Shown: in pieces, positions 40,525 to 52,448 of the stretch
How positions within the stretch are numbered: the first letter of the stretch is position 1
Layout: each line of letters begins with the position of its first letter
Assembly (NCBI GenBank): GCA_038529225.1
Contig: JBCBDZ010000001.1
Coordinates: forward strand, 31,496-95,495
Direction of reading: 5' to 3'
Length of the DNA: 64,000 nucleotides
DNA from: Pseudomonadota bacterium
GTDB taxonomy: Bacteria; Pseudomonadota; Alphaproteobacteria; Rhodobacterales; Rhodobacteraceae
The notes under the pieces: model-generated
Databases searched by the model: none
Seen by the model: the letters and a program-made list of their open reading frames with translations, nothing else
What the model was told of the DNA's origin: nothing
Position numbers and translations under genes: made by a program

Positions 40525-41489
40525 ACCTCGGCCTGGTCATCCCGGTCTGGAACGACCAGGCCGCCCTGACGCGGCTCATGCGGCAGGTCCGTGACATGGC
40601 CCTGTTTGACCAGATCGTCGTCGTGGATGATGGCTCGGACCGCCCTGCGCGGCTGCCGAGATGGTCCGGGCTGCCCTGCACCCTGCTGCGCAATGACACG
40701 TCGCAGGGCCCGGGGCCTGCCCGCAATCTCGGGCTGGAGCATGTCACCACATCCCATGTACTTTTCTTCGACAGCGACGACCTGCTCACGCAGGAGCTGC
40801 CCGCCCTGTGGCAGGACCTGCAAGACCGGCAGTTCGACTTTTGCCTGTTTCGGCATTGCGACAGCCGTCACACCTGGCGCGGCGCGTGGGACATGCTGCC
40901 CTATGATCAGGCCCTCTGGCGCGCCGCCGGCATGGGCGGGCAAGCCCTGACCCCGGTCGGCCCAGAAGCGCGCTCGGCACTGGTGCAAACGGCGAATTAC
41001 CCATGGAACAAGATCTGGCGCACACAGGTGCTGCGTGACTATGATATCCGATGCTCGGACCTGCCGGTCCACCAGGATATAGAGCCGCATTGGATGGGTT
41101 TTCTGCACGCCAGGGATATTCTGGCCTCCGATCGGGTCGGCGCGATCCATCACGTCACACCGGGGGCCGGGCGATTGACCAACCTGCGCAGCCGGGAACG
41201 TCTGGCCGTGTTCGACGCGTTGGAGATTGTGTTGTCCAGATTGCAGGCGGCCCCTGCGGGCAGTGCGGCCCTGTTGCAGGCCTTTTTGCGCTTTTCCGCC
41301 GATCTGCTGGACTGGATACACGGGCATATCGACCCGAGCCTGCACCCCGCGCTGGCCGAACGGCGCCGCACCTTCTGGCATCTTGCGGTGCCACCGGCGC
41401 TGTTTGACGGGCTCAGATATACCGATCCCGAACTGGCGCTGCGCATGTGCCTGCACATGATCGACGACGGGCAGGACAACACATGCTGA
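40521..41489 (+). CDS. Glycosyltransferase family 2
   Basis: VIPVWND, VVDDGS, GPARNLGL and FFDSDD. Confidence 0.88.
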   Translation: MNLGLVIPVWNDQAALTRLMRQVRDMALFDQIVVVDDGSDRPARLPRWSGLPCTLLRNDTSQGPGPARNLGLEHVTTSHVLFFDSDDLLTQELPALWQDLQDRQFDFCLFRHCDSRHTWRGAWDMLPYDQALWRAAGMGGQALTPVGPEARSALVQTANYPWNKIWRTQVLRDYDIRCSDLPVHQDIEPHWMGFLHARDILASDRVGAIHHVTPGAGRLTNLRSRERLAVFDALEIVLSRLQAAPAGSAALLQAFLRFSADLLDWIHGHIDPSLHPALAERRRTFWHLAVPPALFDGLRYTDPELALRMCLHMIDDGQDNTC

Positions 41490-42508
41490 GCTTTGCGATG
41501 GTCACGCGCAACGAAGGGCGCGCCCTGGATGACACCCTGCGGATGCTGGGCGCGACGATGGCGCCCGAGGACCACCTGATTGCCATTGATGCGGGGTCTG
41601 CAGACAGGACCGCTGCCCGTCTCATGGAATTTGCCGAACGCGCGCCCTGCACGGTTCTGCAGCTGGATACGCCCGAGATACGGCTGGCCCAGGCGCTGCT
41701 TTTGGCGCTGGACGCGGCGCAAACGGCGTATGTGATGTGGCTGGGGCCGCGCGACCATCTGCGACCCGAGGCGCTGACCGACCTGCGTCAGTGTCTGGAG
41801 ATGGCCGCCCCCGACCTCGCGGTGACGGACAGCGGCTGGTGGTACGCGAGCCCAGACCGTGTCTGGCCCCGCGCCGATGCGGCCCAAACCGCGACCCTGC
41901 CCCCGGATGCCTCCGGGGCCACGCTGCTGGGGCTGTGCCCCGACCCACGGCGTCTGGTGATCGCCCGCGCCGCAGGGCCGCATCTGCGCCCCATCCTGAA
42001 CGACGCAACCCGTGACCCGGCCCTTTATGCGGCTCTTGTTACGGCGGCCACGGCCCCCGCATTTGTCGCCGCACCCGTGGTGCTGCATGCGCTCGACAGC
42101 ACAGACCCCGCCCCGCAGCTTGAGGCCCTGCGCCAACACCTGCCCGCTGACACCCGGACGGCCCTGCATATGGTGACGGCCTGGTCAGATGACGCCGTCT
42201 TGCGCTCCGCACCGGATCAGGCCGAAGCGCTGTGTGCGCAGCTGGATGCGGTCTGGCAGGCCCTCCCTCCCGCGTTGCAAGACGCGCTTGGCACCCAGAG
42301 CGGCCCCAGCGCCGCCCTCTTTGCCGCGTTGCGCGCGGGCGGTGTCCGCGATGCGATGCTGCACTTTGCCCTCTCGGCGCTGACCCGGCAGCAGCAGCAA
42401 TCGGCGCATCTGGCCGCGGAATACGCGCATCTGCGGCACGTGGTGCAGGCCGCCCTGCCCGGCCCGGACTATCTGCGCCGTCTTTACGACCGCGCCCGCA
42501 ACATATGA
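41483..42508 (+). CDS. Degenerate GT2-like protein
   Basis: TRNEG...IDAGSADRT N-terminus but no clear DxD motif. Overlaps both neighbours. Confidence 0.55.
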   Translation: MLSFAMVTRNEGRALDDTLRMLGATMAPEDHLIAIDAGSADRTAARLMEFAERAPCTVLQLDTPEIRLAQALLLALDAAQTAYVMWLGPRDHLRPEALTDLRQCLEMAAPDLAVTDSGWWYASPDRVWPRADAAQTATLPPDASGATLLGLCPDPRRLVIARAAGPHLRPILNDATRDPALYAALVTAATAPAFVAAPVVLHALDSTDPAPQLEALRQHLPADTRTALHMVTAWSDDAVLRSAPDQAEALCAQLDAVWQALPPALQDALGTQSGPSAALFAALRAGGVRDAMLHFALSALTRQQQQSAHLAAEYAHLRHVVQAALPGPDYLRRLYDRARNI

Positions 42509-43545
42509 TCCGCCTCTATATGACGGGCCGCCACGCGCGCCGGACACCGCTCAGCTATGCCGCACTCAGGCCCCTGTTCGACGGACACATCACTCATGTG
42601 TCCGACCCAAGACAGGCCGATCTTTATGTCTTTGCCCATGTCCAGGACATCCAGCAGCCCCCCCGCGAGATGGTCGAGGACTGGCGTCAGCGCGGGCGGC
42701 CCGTGGTCCTGCTGTCCGAAGAGCCGTTCTGGGACACGATCTGGGGCAAGGCGCCACTGACCCCCATACTCTATGTCGACACCGATTTTGGTGCCCTGCC
42801 CGTGCGACAGCTCAATCACCACACCTGCGATATCTTCCGGTTCGATCGCATCCCCTATTACCTGCTGACGCATCATCGCTTTGCCAATGCCTACGGCCAC
42901 CGCTTTGCGCGCAATGCAGCACGCAGCGTTCAGGACTGGCAGGACCGGCTCGCGGCGGCCCCTGTCGATATCGGCTTCATGTTCGAACGCCGGCCCGAGC
43001 CTGATCACGATGTGACATGGCCCGAGGGCGACATCATCGGCCTATGCGCCTGGCGCACTCGGCTGGCCGCAGCCTGTCAGGGACCGAAGGTCCGGCGCTG
43101 GGGGCGGTCCTGGGGGGCTGGCCTGAGCCGGTTTGATCTGGAAACGGACTGGCATCTGGACAAGCTCGTGCGGCTGGACGGGACCTGCCGCCTCCTGGGG
43201 GCGATCGAGAACACGCATCAGCCCGACTACATCACCGAAAAGCTCTTTGATGCCTTTGCCTGCGGGTCCGTGCCTGTGTACCACGCCAGCCCCGGCCACC
43301 GGATCCACGATCTGGGCCTGCCCGCGGACAGCTGGATCAACCTCTATGGTCTGACGGCGGACGCGGCCGCAGCCCGGATCGAGGCCATACGCCCCACCCG
43401 GGCCATGGCCGGGGCGCTGGCCCATGCCCAGCAGCATCTGCATGGCTGGCTGGGGGATCCCGGGCGCTGGCAGGCGGAGCGGCAGCGACTGGGACGGGCC
43501 GTGCTGGCGGCCCTCGAACAGGTGCTAGACCTCGAGCGGGACTGA
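42505..43545 (+). CDS. Glycosyltransferase family 10-like (alpha-1,3-fucosyltransferase motif)
   Basis: [25 protein letters not shown] matches the GT10 signature. Start at MIRLYM. Confidence 0.75.
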   Translation: MIRLYMTGRHARRTPLSYAALRPLFDGHITHVSDPRQADLYVFAHVQDIQQPPREMVEDWRQRGRPVVLLSEEPFWDTIWGKAPLTPILYVDTDFGALPVRQLNHHTCDIFRFDRIPYYLLTHHRFANAYGHRFARNAARSVQDWQDRLAAAPVDIGFMFERRPEPDHDVTWPEGDIIGLCAWRTRLAAACQGPKVRRWGRSWGAGLSRFDLETDWHLDKLVRLDGTCRLLGAIENTHQPDYITEKLFDAFACGSVPVYHASPGHRIHDLGLPADSWINLYGLTADAAAARIEAIRPTRAMAGALAHAQQHLHGWLGDPGRWQAERQRLGRAVLAALEQVLDLERD

Positions 43546-44643
43546 CGACGCATAGCCATGCGCCCTCAGGAGCGCATGCCGCCGGGCGGTCTGCAAATCT
43601 TCGGCCACCATTTCAGCACACATCTCCTGCGCGGTGATCTCCGGCTTCCAGCCCAGCTTTTCGGCGGCCATCGACGCATCGCCCAACAACGTCTCGACCT
43701 CCGCCGGGCGGAAATAGCGCGGGTCGATGCGCATGATCACATCGCCGGGTTTGACCGCGGGCGACATGTCGGAGGTCACCGCCGTGACCGTCGCAATCTC
43801 GTCCGTGCCCGCGCCGGAGAAGGCCAGCGCAATACCCAACTCCGCCGCCGCCCAGGTGATGAACTGGCGCACGCTGTACTGGGTGTTGGTGGCGATCACG
43901 AAGTCTTCGGGCGTGTCCTGCTGCAGCATCAGCCACTGCATGCGCACGTAATCCTTGGCATGGCCCCAATCGCGCAGACTGTCGATATTGCCCATATAGA
44001 GACAGGTTTCGAGCCCTTGCGCGATATTGGCCAGCCCGCGGGTGATCTTGCGGGTGACAAAGGTCTCACCCCGGCGCGGGCTTTCGTGGTTAAACAGGAT
44101 CCCGTTGCAGGCATACATCCCGTAGGCCTCGCGATAGTTCACGCAGATCCAGTAGGCATAAAGCTTGGCGACGGCATAGGGACTGCGCGGATGAAACGGC
44201 GTGCTCTCGCGCTGCGGGGTCTCCTGGACCAGCCCGTACAGCTCCGAGGTCGACGCCTGATAGAACCGCGTCTTTTGCTCCAGCCCCAGAAAGCGGATCG
44301 CTTCCAGCAGGCGCAGCGTGCCGATGGCGTCCACATCCGCGGTATATTCAGGGGCCTCGAACGACACCGCCACATGCGATTGCGCCCCAAGGTTATAGAC
44401 CTCGTCCGGTGCGACCTCGCGCAGGATACGGGTCAGGTTCGAGGTGTCGGTCAGATCACCGTAATGCAGCGTCAGCGCCGGGTTCGGCACATGCGGATCC
44501 TGATAGATATGATCGATGCGGGACGTGTTGAATGATGACGCCCGGCGCTTGATGCCGTGCACCTCATAGCCCTTGTCCAGCAACAGCTCCGCCAGATAGG
44601 AGCCATCCTGACCCGTGATGCCGGTGATCAGTGCTTTTTTCAT
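43525..44643 (-). CDS. gmd: GDP-mannose 4,6-dehydratase
   Basis: [40 protein letters not shown] and [15 protein letters not shown]. Confidence 0.97.
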   Translation of the reverse strand: MKKALITGITGQDGSYLAELLLDKGYEVHGIKRRASSFNTSRIDHIYQDPHVPNPALTLHYGDLTDTSNLTRILREVAPDEVYNLGAQSHVAVSFEAPEYTADVDAIGTLRLLEAIRFLGLEQKTRFYQASTSELYGLVQETPQRESTPFHPRSPYAVAKLYAYWICVNYREAYGMYACNGILFNHESPRRGETFVTRKITRGLANIAQGLETCLYMGNIDSLRDWGHAKDYVRMQWLMLQQDTPEDFVIATNTQYSVRQFITWAAAELGIALAFSGAGTDEIATVTAVTSDMSPAVKPGDVIMRIDPRYFRPAEVETLLGDASMAAEKLGWKPEITAQEMCAEMVAEDLQTARRHALLRAHGYASSVPLEV

Positions 44644-44794
44644 CTTTCGCGCCCCGCGCTGCTTTGGTCCTGCGCCTTCTAGTGTGTGCGGCGGTCCCAG
44701 TGAAAGCACAAACCGAAACTTGTCGCGGCAGGGCGTCCCACGTAGACAAAGGCAGCGACAGGCTAGGACACGTGAGGCTCTGTAAAGGCGGAAC

Positions 44795-45652
44795 ATGACA
44801 TCATCCAACGGCTCCGGCAAACGGCCCGCTTTTCTGGGGATCGGTGCCCAGAAAGCCGGAACAACCTGGCTGCACCATGTGCTCAATCAGCACCCGGATT
44901 TGTGCCTTCCACGCTCAAAGGAAACCCATTTCTTTGAAAGGCCAGAGGTCTTCGACAAAGGTACGGACTGGTACGGGTCACTTTTGTCCCATGCAGAACC
45001 GCATCAGATCTGCGGTGAGGTGACGCCCGGTTATCTGTGGACCGCAGCCCCCCCGGCCGCTTCGAACCTGCCCTGGCACAACAGCCACCGCCAGGACATT
45101 CCAGCGCGTGTCAGGGACGTTCTGGGTCCTGATATCAAGCTGATCGCGATCCTGCGCAATCCCGTGGACAGGGCGATATCGGCCGTCGTGCATCACGCCA
45201 GCAAAGGACGGATCGATCTGGCAAATGACGATCTGCAGCAGGCGTTCCGCCGGTTTGGCATCGCGCATATCGGGTTTTATGCCAGCCATATCGCACATTG
45301 GTTCACGCACTTTCCGCGCGGGCAGTTCGGCTTTTACTGTCTGGAACAGGCCAAGGCCCACAAACCGGACTTCTACAGATCCGTCTTTGATTTTCTGGGG
45401 GTGCACCCGCTTGAAACCGTATCCGCCGAACAGTCATTCCAGTTCGCAGCGCGCTACCACCGAGACGAGACCGGCGTTGTCATCAAGGAAGTGCCGGAGA
45501 AAAACCGTGCATTCTTTGCAGAAGGCATGACGATGCTGACCCCTCCGGATATCGCCGTGTTGCAAGCGTATTATCGTGACGACGTGATGCGCCTGCAGGA
45601 CCTGACCGGCCTCGATCTGTCCTCCTGGCGCGGCGACTTTCCGGATCTCTGA
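44795..45652 (+). CDS. Sulfotransferase
   Basis: [25 protein letters not shown] and [10 protein letters not shown]. Confidence 0.9.
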   Translation: MTSSNGSGKRPAFLGIGAQKAGTTWLHHVLNQHPDLCLPRSKETHFFERPEVFDKGTDWYGSLLSHAEPHQICGEVTPGYLWTAAPPAASNLPWHNSHRQDIPARVRDVLGPDIKLIAILRNPVDRAISAVVHHASKGRIDLANDDLQQAFRRFGIAHIGFYASHIAHWFTHFPRGQFGFYCLEQAKAHKPDFYRSVFDFLGVHPLETVSAEQSFQFAARYHRDETGVVIKEVPEKNRAFFAEGMTMLTPPDIAVLQAYYRDDVMRLQDLTGLDLSSWRGDFPDL

Positions 45653-45888
45653 GACCTTGCCGGTTTCATCTGTGCACGCAGCACATCGCCGCCCTGCCCC
45701 ATTGGAAAACAGCACCTGTTTCCCCCGCATCCGCCGCACCGGGTCACGGCGGACAGACCGATCCGCACCGGCCATCGCCAGTGGTGCCATCTACACAGCA
45801 CCACTGGCCTAAAGAGACTTTGTTCTGTACCACGGCCCAAACGAAAACCTGTTATGCGATACGTGACGGCGCTCCTTTGGAAAACGGA

Positions 45889-46614
45889 ATGAACACCCAG
45901 AACATACAGAATTTCCTGCCTGACGACGCCAACAGCACAGCACGGGATTCGCACTATCTGCGCAAGTTGCCCGAGCTCTTGCCCGCCACACGCGCAGGAC
46001 CTGTCACGCTGCTGGATCTGGGCGCGGGGCATGGCCGGTCAAAAAGCATGGTCGAGCACATTCTGGGCCCCGACAACGTGATCTGGCGCGGGGTGGATAT
46101 CGGCGATTCCAGCGAACATCTCAGCCGTCCCGACGGGGCCCCGGCCGTGGATATCTATGACGGGGTGAACCTGCCTTACGAGGACGCCAGCTTTGACGTC
46201 ATCTGGTGCAAACAGGTCCTGGAACATGTGCGCCACCCCGATGCCGTGATCGCCGAGGTGGCGCGGGTCCTGAAACCTTCGGGGCTGTTTATCGGGTCGG
46301 TCTCCCAGCTGGAGCCCTACCATTCCCGCTCCATCTTCAACTGGACCCATTACGGCATCCGCACCGTCTTTGCAGATCACGGCCTGGAGGTGCGGGAACT
46401 GACCCCGGGGGTGGATGGGCTGCTTTTGATGATGCGGGCCGTGTTCGGCTATCACACCGGGCTGAACAAGCTGGTCAACGTGGTCACACCGCTCAATCAG
46501 ATCCTCGGCGCCCTTTTTGAACCAGAGGGAAAGCCCGACCCGAACTCCAAGGCCGTCAGCCTGCAGCGCCTGAAAGTCGCCGGGCACATCCACTTTCACG
46601 CGCAAAAAACGTAA
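45889..46614 (+). CDS. Class I SAM-dependent methyltransferase
   Basis: LLDLGAGHG, LPYEDASFD, QVLEHV and RVLKPSG. Confidence 0.88.
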   Translation: MNTQNIQNFLPDDANSTARDSHYLRKLPELLPATRAGPVTLLDLGAGHGRSKSMVEHILGPDNVIWRGVDIGDSSEHLSRPDGAPAVDIYDGVNLPYEDASFDVIWCKQVLEHVRHPDAVIAEVARVLKPSGLFIGSVSQLEPYHSRSIFNWTHYGIRTVFADHGLEVRELTPGVDGLLLMMRAVFGYHTGLNKLVNVVTPLNQILGALFEPEGKPDPNSKAVSLQRLKVAGHIHFHAQKT

Positions 46615-46638
46615 GCGCAAAGGGGCGCAGACACGACC

Positions 46639-49600
46639 ATGGCTTCCCATGACCGCGAGAGGGCTTACATTTCTGGCGCGCTCTCGGGCCCACCCCTGAC
46701 ATGCGGCTGCGAAAGCTACACGCCCCTGGGCGTCAAGGCACCGCGCCAGGGCACCCCCGACCGACCACTGGTGTCGATCGTGACGGTCACATTCAACGCT
46801 GCAAGGATGGTGGAACAGGCGATCCAGTCGGTGGCCCGCCAAAGCTATCCCGAGATCGAATATATCGTCATCGATGGCGGGTCGCGCGATGACACCCTGT
46901 CGATTGTGCGCCGCAACGCGACACATGTGGACGGCCTGATCTCGGAGCCGGACAAGGGTATCTATGATGCGATGAACAAGGGGCTGCGGCGGGCGCGCGG
47001 GCGCTATGTGGCGCTCTTGAATGCCGACGATCAGCTCTATCCGGATTTTGTGGCCCACAGCGTCGCGGCCCTGCTCCGCTCGGACGCCGACATCAGCTAT
47101 TGCGACTACAACACCGAGGATCATGCAGTCCGTGTCGCGGACATCAACCCGGGCCTGCTGCTGTCGCAGCTGGGGATCAAGCACAACACCTTCCTGATGC
47201 ACCGGCGGTGCTTTGAACAGGTGGGGGGGTTCGATGCGCACCTGAAGGTTGTCGCGGATGCCAAATGGAACCGCGCCGCCTATGCCGCGGGCCTGACCTT
47301 TGAAAAGGTGGACGGCCTGCACGTGTTCTACTCGACCCGCGGCCTGTCTTCGGCAGCCACCCCGGCCGACCGGGACCGGATCATTCGCGAAAGCACCGAG
47401 CTGCTGATCGACAGCTTTCCGCAGCTCGACCCGGATCAGGCGCGCACCCTGTATTTGTCCAATTTCAACACCCACAAGCACCAGGCCATCATGGACCTGC
47501 ACCGCAAGATGGCCCTCGGTGCACCGCTCCTGTCAGAAATGATCGCCGAGGCAACCCGCTGGAACCTGCGCCACCGGGCTGGTTACCGGCTGAATGCAAA
47601 GGATGCCGACCAGACCGTACGTGTGATCGCCCTGGCGCAGTATTTCGATGTGCCGCTGACAGATCTGGTGTTCGACAACACCGAGGAAAACCGGGCCCAG
47701 AACGAGATGATCGGGGCCTTTTTCGCGACCCTGGCGCGCACCGAAGCCCGAAAGGCCGAAACAGGTGAGGCGCTCTGTCTGCATTTTGCGCGTGTGTTTT
47801 CCGCCCCGTCGGAGACGTTCATCTACGATTTCCTCCAGGACCTCACCGCGGCCCCGGACGGCAAGCTGCACGTGATGCTGTGCGACACCCGCGAAACGGC
47901 GCGGGACCGGCCCTTTGAGCTGACCTTTCATGTCCCCTGGAACACGCTGCCGCGCGCGCTGTGCGAGACGCTCTACGGGCTGATCTGGGATCGGCTGGCA
48001 CCCGACACTGTCGTGGCGCATTTCGCGCTGAATGGCTGGTTTCTGCATGACCGGCTGACACCCGGACAGCGGCGCGTCAAATGGGTGAACATGTGCCACG
48101 GCATCGACGTCTTTGCCTATGGCAACAACCCCAACTACACGGCCTATATCGACCAGTATTGCGCCGCGGCCCCCAATGTCGCCTTCACCGCCGTCAGCCG
48201 CTTTCTGGCCGATCTGCTGGAGTGCAACGGTGTGCCGCCCGACAAGATCTTTCTTGTGCCCAATGCGGTGGCCGACATCTTTGCCACCCACCGCAAAAAG
48301 GACGGCTTCTGGGACGGCACCGGGCCGCTGCGGATCATCTCCGTGGGGCGGTTGATCCCGTGGAAAGGGCATGACCGGCTGATCGAGGCCCTGCATGCCG
48401 TCAAAGAAGCCCGCCCGAACCTGCAGGTGCAACTGGATATCGTCTATGGCCGCTGGACCGAACAGCTCGGGGCGCTGACCGCGTTGCGCGACAGGCTTGG
48501 GCTGACGGACGATGTCACCTTTATCGACTATGTCAATTTCCACGAAGCGCCTGATTTTCTACCCGGCTATGACCTCTTTGTGCTGCCCTCGACCACCAGC
48601 GACGATGCCGTGCCGCGCACCGAAACCTTTGGCGTGGCCCTGATCGAGGCAATCTCTGCCGGCCTGCCGGTGATCGCGACCAATGCAGGCGGCGTACCCG
48701 AAGTCATTGGCACACCGGGGCCACAGGCCACACTTGTGCAGCACGGCGAGACAGAGCCGCTGACCCAGGCGCTGCTGGCTGCAATCAACGCGCCTGCGGC
48801 CACCTTTTGCGACAACACCGCCTACAGCCAGGAACGGCTGGTGCATTTCTCGGCGCCGCGTCGATTGGAGAACTGGGGCCGCGTCACCGCCTGGCTGGAG
48901 CAGCCCCGCAAGAAGATCTTTCACTTCTGTGCCCTGGGCCGGGGCGGTGCGGCCGGGGCCTCGATGAATATCCACAAGGGGCTTTTGCGGCTGGGATACG
49001 ATTCATGGTTTGTCACCCGGTCCACCGAACTGCACCACTTTTCCGACTATGCGGCCAATGTGATTGGCCTCGCCCCGGAAACCTCGATCGACTTCAATCA
49101 TACCGAGCCGCCCCGACGCCCGGAATTCACCACCTATTCGCTGGACGACCACCTGATTTCAGATGCCACGCTGCGCAGGCTGCTGGAGGGTGCGGACCTG
49201 ATCAATCTGACCTGGCCCGCCAAGTTCCTGTCGGTGCAGAACATTGCCATGATGACGCGCCTTGGGGTGCCGGTGATGATGACCCTGCGCGACATGAACC
49301 TGATCACCGGGGGTGCACATTTCTTTCATGGCAGCACCCGGTGGCAGCACGGCGAGGCCGGGTGCCCGCAGCGCCCCGATATTGCGCCCGACGACTACCC
49401 GGAACGGGTTTATGCCGCCAAGCAGGCCGCCTGGAATTTCGACGCGGTCACCTTTGTGGCCCTCAGCGACCACAGCATGGATATCCTCGCCGCCTCACCG
49501 CTGGCCGGGCACGTGCCGCGGATCAAGCTGCCAAACTACGTAGACATGTCAGTGTTTTACAGAGACACCGGATCTCTGATGCCGACTCTGTCGGACCTGC

Positions 49601-50418
49601 CCGAGGGCACCATCAAGATCGGATATCTGCCCTCCTTCGGCAGCCGGGTCAAAGGGCACCGGCATCTGTTGCGGTCCTTGCGGCACCTGCACGCCGAGCA
49701 CCCGGGTCTGCCGATCACGATCTGCCTTGCCAGCGACGATGCCATGCCACCCGAGGACGTGCCCTTTCCGGTTGTCCGGATCGGTGCCCTCAATGACCGC
49801 ACCGCGTTGCGGCACTTCTACAACTCGGTCGACATGGTTGCCGTCCCCTCGCTCGAGGAAACCTTCTCCAACACGACGATGGAGGCCCTGGCCTGCGGCG
49901 TCCCGGTTGTGGGGTTCAAGACCGGCATCCTGCAGGAGGTCCTCGCAGACGGGGTCTGTGGCGTGTGCGTCGACATGGAGGACACCCGCGCCATGGCGGA
50001 CGGGATACTGGACCTGATCAACGCCCCGCGCGACCCTGCCGCGATCGTTGCCCGGGTCTCGGAAACCTACAGCCAGGACATCCGTATGCAGGCCTATGAC
50101 GCGACCATCCGCAACCTCTTGGCCGCACCGCCTGCTGCTGATCCCCCTCACACCGCCGAAGGGCTACAGGCTTTGCTGGCGCTGACCGAAAAACAGCAAA
50201 AGATCAAAGCCCGTGAATCCCTGAGCCGGTTGCGCAACATGCGCGCACAGCTGCGCAAAGCCGAGCATGAGTTGCGCAAGATACGACAAGGCGACCCTGC
50301 AAAGGTCGATGCCCTCGAAGCTGATCTCCAAGAGGTGCTGATATCTCGGTCCTGGAAAGTGACAGCGCCATTGCGCCGGGCATTGCACATCTGGCGGTCC
50401 TGGATGGGACATCACTGA
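46639..50418 (+). CDS. Multidomain glycosyltransferase (GT2-GT4-GT4) with C-terminal coiled coil
   Basis: GT2 motif SEPDKGIYDAMNKG. Two GT4 motifs, ETFGVALIEA and ETFSNTTMEA. Heptad-rich tail ending SRSWKVTAPLR. Confidence 0.88.
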   Translation: MASHDRERAYISGALSGPPLTCGCESYTPLGVKAPRQGTPDRPLVSIVTVTFNAARMVEQAIQSVARQSYPEIEYIVIDGGSRDDTLSIVRRNATHVDGLISEPDKGIYDAMNKGLRRARGRYVALLNADDQLYPDFVAHSVAALLRSDADISYCDYNTEDHAVRVADINPGLLLSQLGIKHNTFLMHRRCFEQVGGFDAHLKVVADAKWNRAAYAAGLTFEKVDGLHVFYSTRGLSSAATPADRDRIIRESTELLIDSFPQLDPDQARTLYLSNFNTHKHQAIMDLHRKMALGAPLLSEMIAEATRWNLRHRAGYRLNAKDADQTVRVIALAQYFDVPLTDLVFDNTEENRAQNEMIGAFFATLARTEARKAETGEALCLHFARVFSAPSETFIYDFLQDLTAAPDGKLHVMLCDTRETARDRPFELTFHVPWNTLPRALCETLYGLIWDRLAPDTVVAHFALNGWFLHDRLTPGQRRVKWVNMCHGIDVFAYGNNPNYTAYIDQYCAAAPNVAFTAVSRFLADLLECNGVPPDKIFLVPNAVADIFATHRKKDGFWDGTGPLRIISVGRLIPWKGHDRLIEALHAVKEARPNLQVQLDIVYGRWTEQLGALTALRDRLGLTDDVTFIDYVNFHEAPDFLPGYDLFVLPSTTSDDAVPRTETFGVALIEAISAGLPVIATNAGGVPEVIGTPGPQATLVQHGETEPLTQALLAAINAPAATFCDNTAYSQERLVHFSAPRRLENWGRVTAWLEQPRKKIFHFCALGRGGAAGASMNIHKGLLRLGYDSWFVTRSTELHHFSDYAANVIGLAPETSIDFNHTEPPRRPEFTTYSLDDHLISDATLRRLLEGADLINLTWPAKFLSVQNIAMMTRLGVPVMMTLRDMNLITGGAHFFHGSTRWQHGEAGCPQRPDIAPDDYPERVYAAKQAAWNFDAVTFVALSDHSMDILAASPLAGHVPRIKLPNYVDMSVFYRDTGSLMPTLSDLPEGTIKIGYLPSFGSRVKGHRHLLRSLRHLHAEHPGLPITICLASDDAMPPEDVPFPVVRIGALNDRTALRHFYNSVDMVAVPSLEETFSNTTMEALACGVPVVGFKTGILQEVLADGVCGVCVDMEDTRAMADGILDLINAPRDPAAIVARVSETYSQDIRMQAYDATIRNLLAAPPAADPPHTAEGLQALLALTEKQQKIKARESLSRLRNMRAQLRKAEHELRKIRQGDPAKVDALEADLQEVLISRSWKVTAPLRRALHIWRSWMGHH

Positions 50419-50448
50419 ACACCTGCGGCACATCAAGGAGGTCTTGGG

Positions 50449-51414
50449 ATGGAAAAGATATTTCTGGCGGGACATACCGGGATGGTCGGAGGCGCCATTC
50501 TCCGCCAGCTTCGGGCAGACGGCGCGCATGAGGTCCTGACCCGGCGCTCATCCGAGTTGAACCTGATGGACCAGGCAGCGGTCCGGGATTTCATGCAACG
50601 CGAACGCCCCGACGCGGTGATCCTGGCGGCGGCACGGGTCGGCGGGATCGTGGCCAACAACAGCTATCCGGGCCAGTTCATCTACGAAAACCTGATGATC
50701 CAGTCCAACGTGATCCACCAGGCCCATGAGGCCGGCGTGGCCCGGCTGCTGCAACTGGGGTCGTCCTGTATCTACCCCAAACACGCGTCCCAGCCGATGA
50801 CCGAGGAGGCGCTGCTGACCGGCACTCTGGAGCCCACCAACGAGCCCTATGCCATCGCCAAGATCGCCGGCATCAAGCTCTGCGAAAGCTACAACCGCCA
50901 ATACGGGCGCGACTACCGGTCGGTCATGCCGACAAATCTCTATGGTCCGGGCGACAATTTTCACCCCGAACATTCCCATGTCCTGCCCGCCCTCATGCGG
51001 CGGTTCCACGAGGCCGCCCGGTCAGGAGCTGCCGAGGTCGTTGTCTGGGGCACCGGCACGCCGATGCGGGAATTTCTGCATGTCGACGACATGGCCCGCG
51101 CCAGCCTCTTTGTGCACACCCTGCCCGCCGAGGTCTACGCGCGCGAAACCTCCCCCATGCTCAGCCATATCAACGTGGGCACCGGCACCGATGTGACCAT
51201 CCGCGAACTGTCGGAACGGATCGCAGGGATCACCGGGTTCGAGGGCCGCATCGTGTTCGACGACAGCAAGCCCGACGGCACGCCCCGCAAACTGATGGAT
51301 GTCAGCCGCCTGGCCCGGCTGGGATGGCGCGCTGAGATCGCGCTCGGGGACGGGTTGCGCCAGACCTATGACTGGTTTCTGGACCAGAACCTGGACAGGC
51401 TGCGCGCCAAATGA
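50449..51414 (+). CDS. fcl: GDP-L-fucose synthase
   Basis: [30 protein letters not shown] and PDGTPRK. Confidence 0.96.
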   Translation: MEKIFLAGHTGMVGGAILRQLRADGAHEVLTRRSSELNLMDQAAVRDFMQRERPDAVILAAARVGGIVANNSYPGQFIYENLMIQSNVIHQAHEAGVARLLQLGSSCIYPKHASQPMTEEALLTGTLEPTNEPYAIAKIAGIKLCESYNRQYGRDYRSVMPTNLYGPGDNFHPEHSHVLPALMRRFHEAARSGAAEVVVWGTGTPMREFLHVDDMARASLFVHTLPAEVYARETSPMLSHINVGTGTDVTIRELSERIAGITGFEGRIVFDDSKPDGTPRKLMDVSRLARLGWRAEIALGDGLRQTYDWFLDQNLDRLRAK

Positions 51415-51514
51415 CCCGACCGGCCCGATTCCGCACAGCGCCAAGGCCCGCTCGGATGGTGATTGCCTAACCCCCTGAAGTCGTGCCTTTTAGAGACCAA
51501 CCGACAGAGGCTGC

Positions 51515-52426
51515 ATGTCAGACTTTTTTACCCATACGAATTTTGCCGGGCCCATCCATACACTGGTCCAGATCGGCGCCCAGGGCATGCAGGATATCGA
51601 AGAGGCCCTGCACATCGACCCTGCACAGATCGTGCTCACCACGATGGATCCGGATCTGGCCCAAAAGGCCGATGACGCGTTCGCGCCATGGCGCACGGCG
51701 GACAAGACGGCGCAGGTGGATCATGTGGCTGTCACGGCAAAACGGGCCAGGGCAGCCACGTCGCAGGTGCAGCTGTTTGAAAACCCCGCCCTCGCCTCCC
51801 GCAAGAAACCCACCGGATTGCAGACCCTCTGCCCGGGGCTCACCGCAACGCGGCAGGCGACGGTGCCCGACATCGCCATAAGCGCTTTTTTCAAAGCGTT
51901 GCCCACCCTGCCCGACGGCGCACGCCATGTGCTGCGGTTCGGGCTGACAGGCGACGAACAGACGCTTCTGGCCGCCATGAGCGACAGGATGGCGGGACGG
52001 TTCCATGACATCATCATCAGCCTGCCCCCGGCCGCCCTGTTCGACCGCGCGCCCACAGGTGACGTCCTGCGCGCGCGGCTGTACGATCTGGGGTTTCTTC
52101 CTGTGGCACAGCGCGCCAGTCCGGTGCCCGGCATACCCGAATGCCACCTGATCCAAAGCCCGCATCACGCCGCCCTGCAAACCTGTCTTGCCGCAGACAG
52201 GGACCGGCAACGTGAGCACGCGGAACAAAAGACCGCCCTAAAGACCCTGACAAGGGAAAGAGACGCGCTGCGCAAGGCTCTGGACCAGACCGTGCTGGAC
52301 ACCCGCGATCTGGACGCCCTGCGCACCCGCTATGCCGCTCTCATGGCCGATTACGAGACGCAAAGCGACACGCTGCGACAGGTTCAGGCCCGGGTAAAGG
52401 CCGCACTTGCACGGTTCGAGGCATGA
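51515..52426 (+). CDS. Degenerate FkbM-methyltransferase-like protein with C-terminal coiled coil
   Basis: VQIGAQG near the N-terminus and a heptad C-terminus. Weak similarity only. Confidence 0.45.
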   Translation: MSDFFTHTNFAGPIHTLVQIGAQGMQDIEEALHIDPAQIVLTTMDPDLAQKADDAFAPWRTADKTAQVDHVAVTAKRARAATSQVQLFENPALASRKKPTGLQTLCPGLTATRQATVPDIAISAFFKALPTLPDGARHVLRFGLTGDEQTLLAAMSDRMAGRFHDIIISLPPAALFDRAPTGDVLRARLYDLGFLPVAQRASPVPGIPECHLIQSPHHAALQTCLAADRDRQREHAEQKTALKTLTRERDALRKALDQTVLDTRDLDALRTRYAALMADYETQSDTLRQVQARVKAALARFEA

Positions 52427-52448
52427 GCATCGCGATGGACCGGACCCG

